Shown here piece after piece: positions 63,584-64,000 of a DNA stretch of 64,000 nucleotides. Location of the stretch: the NCBI GenBank assembly GCA_903847315.1, contig CAINDG010000038.1:67750-131749 (forward strand). Direction: 5' to 3'. The notes under the pieces were generated by a model. It was not told where the DNA came from, ran no database searches, and worked only from the letters and a program-made list of their open reading frames with translations. Position numbers and translations under genes: made by a program. How positions within the stretch are numbered: the stretch's first letter is position 1; the number at the start of each line of letters is the position of its first letter. The stretch is from an uncultured Planctomycetota bacterium. Lineage in GTDB: Bacteria; Planctomycetota; Phycisphaerae; Sedimentisphaerales; UBA12454.

Positions 63584-64000
63584 TCACCTGTTCTCCGCTT
63601 CGGCTATACTATTCGGCTCTTTGGCATTGGGATCTGTCAGGAATATTTTTGACCTTGCCGCCATCGCACTGCCATACTCTGCATGCAGAGGATTGTTATG
63701 GTCAGCGTTCGGGACTAATCTGAATAACCACTTAAAGGTTGTCTGTAGTTTTAGAGCTTCGGCTTTGGCTATTCCATAGAAACGCTTGGCCATCCATACC
63801 CTGTCATATTCATGAAATTGACCTTCTTTCGGCATGGTTTTAGACATCAGGTCTCTGGCGCCCATAAGAATTACCATCTCTTTTGCAAACGATTTTTTAA
63901 GAGACTCTTTTGTGACGTATGTGCCTTTAAGCCCTTCATAAGGTATCTTATCAAAAACTGGTGCTGTATAATCGCCCGCCCCATTGGCGATTGCCAGTGA
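63584..64000 (-). CDS. Hypothetical protein, C-terminal fragment (ORF enters from beyond the window end)
   Basis: 139 stop-free codons run from position 64000 to the stop at 63584 (SLAIANGAGDYTAPVFDKIPYEGLKGTYVTKESLKKSFAKEMVILMGARDL...). The track shows only the part after an internal Met. No family recognised. Confidence 0.55.
   Translation of the reverse strand, partial: SLAIANGAGDYTAPVFDKIPYEGLKGTYVTKESLKKSFAKEMVILMGARDLMSKTMPKEGQFHEYDRVWMAKRFYGIAKAEALKLQTTFKWLFRLVPNADHNNPLHAEYGSAMAARSKIFLTDPNAKEPNSIAEAENR

Overview
This is a 64-kb stretch of bacterial chromosome. Hand-sampled housekeeping lines are about 48-57% GC. The gene content (DUF1573 protein, GH130, HEAT and TPR membrane proteins, topo VI B, GspC/PilP-like protein) fits a PVC-group or Planctomycetota-like organism, but that is a low-confidence guess. 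There are about 50 credible CDSs, mostly core functions. They include purD, thiC (behind a TPP riboswitch with extended P3 and L5), ettA, an M24 peptidase, a rhomboid, a csp and an IMPase. They also include serA, top6B, a phosphohexomutase, a CDF transporter, addA-addB, a family-4 UDG, gdhA, a PEP-binding protein and a LysR regulator. The remainder are HAD hydrolases, GH130, an MBL hydrolase, rpmH (a 45-aa ORF missing from the track), murG, ftsW, mutS, an MnmE-like GTPase and coaX. I saw no rRNA, tRNA, CRISPR array, transposase or integrase. The main accessory feature is an AT-rich island of about 5.6 kb (1283-6894) carrying a tightly coupled four-gene minus-strand operon. It encodes a 975-aa NACHT/STAND NTPase with a PD-(D/E)xK-like N-terminal module, two orphan small proteins (149 and 139 aa) and a radical SAM/SPASM enzyme. 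I propose it as a candidate undescribed defence or conflict system. Three other signals stand out. (1) A 28-30 nt GC hairpin repeat (TTTAGCCCCC..GGGGGTTC) occurs three times, twice in frame inside addB and the mnmE-like gene. (2) A 112-bp element with perfect 13-bp terminal inverted repeats occurs twice in opposite orientation, each time abutting a start codon (murG, coaX), so one arm supplies the SD and part of the ATG and the other arm could sequester it. (3) Short tandem word repeats sit at gene ends, and there are two smaller AT-rich orphan insertions (20086-20814, 41844-42254). All domain calls rest on motif recognition by eye; no searches were run.
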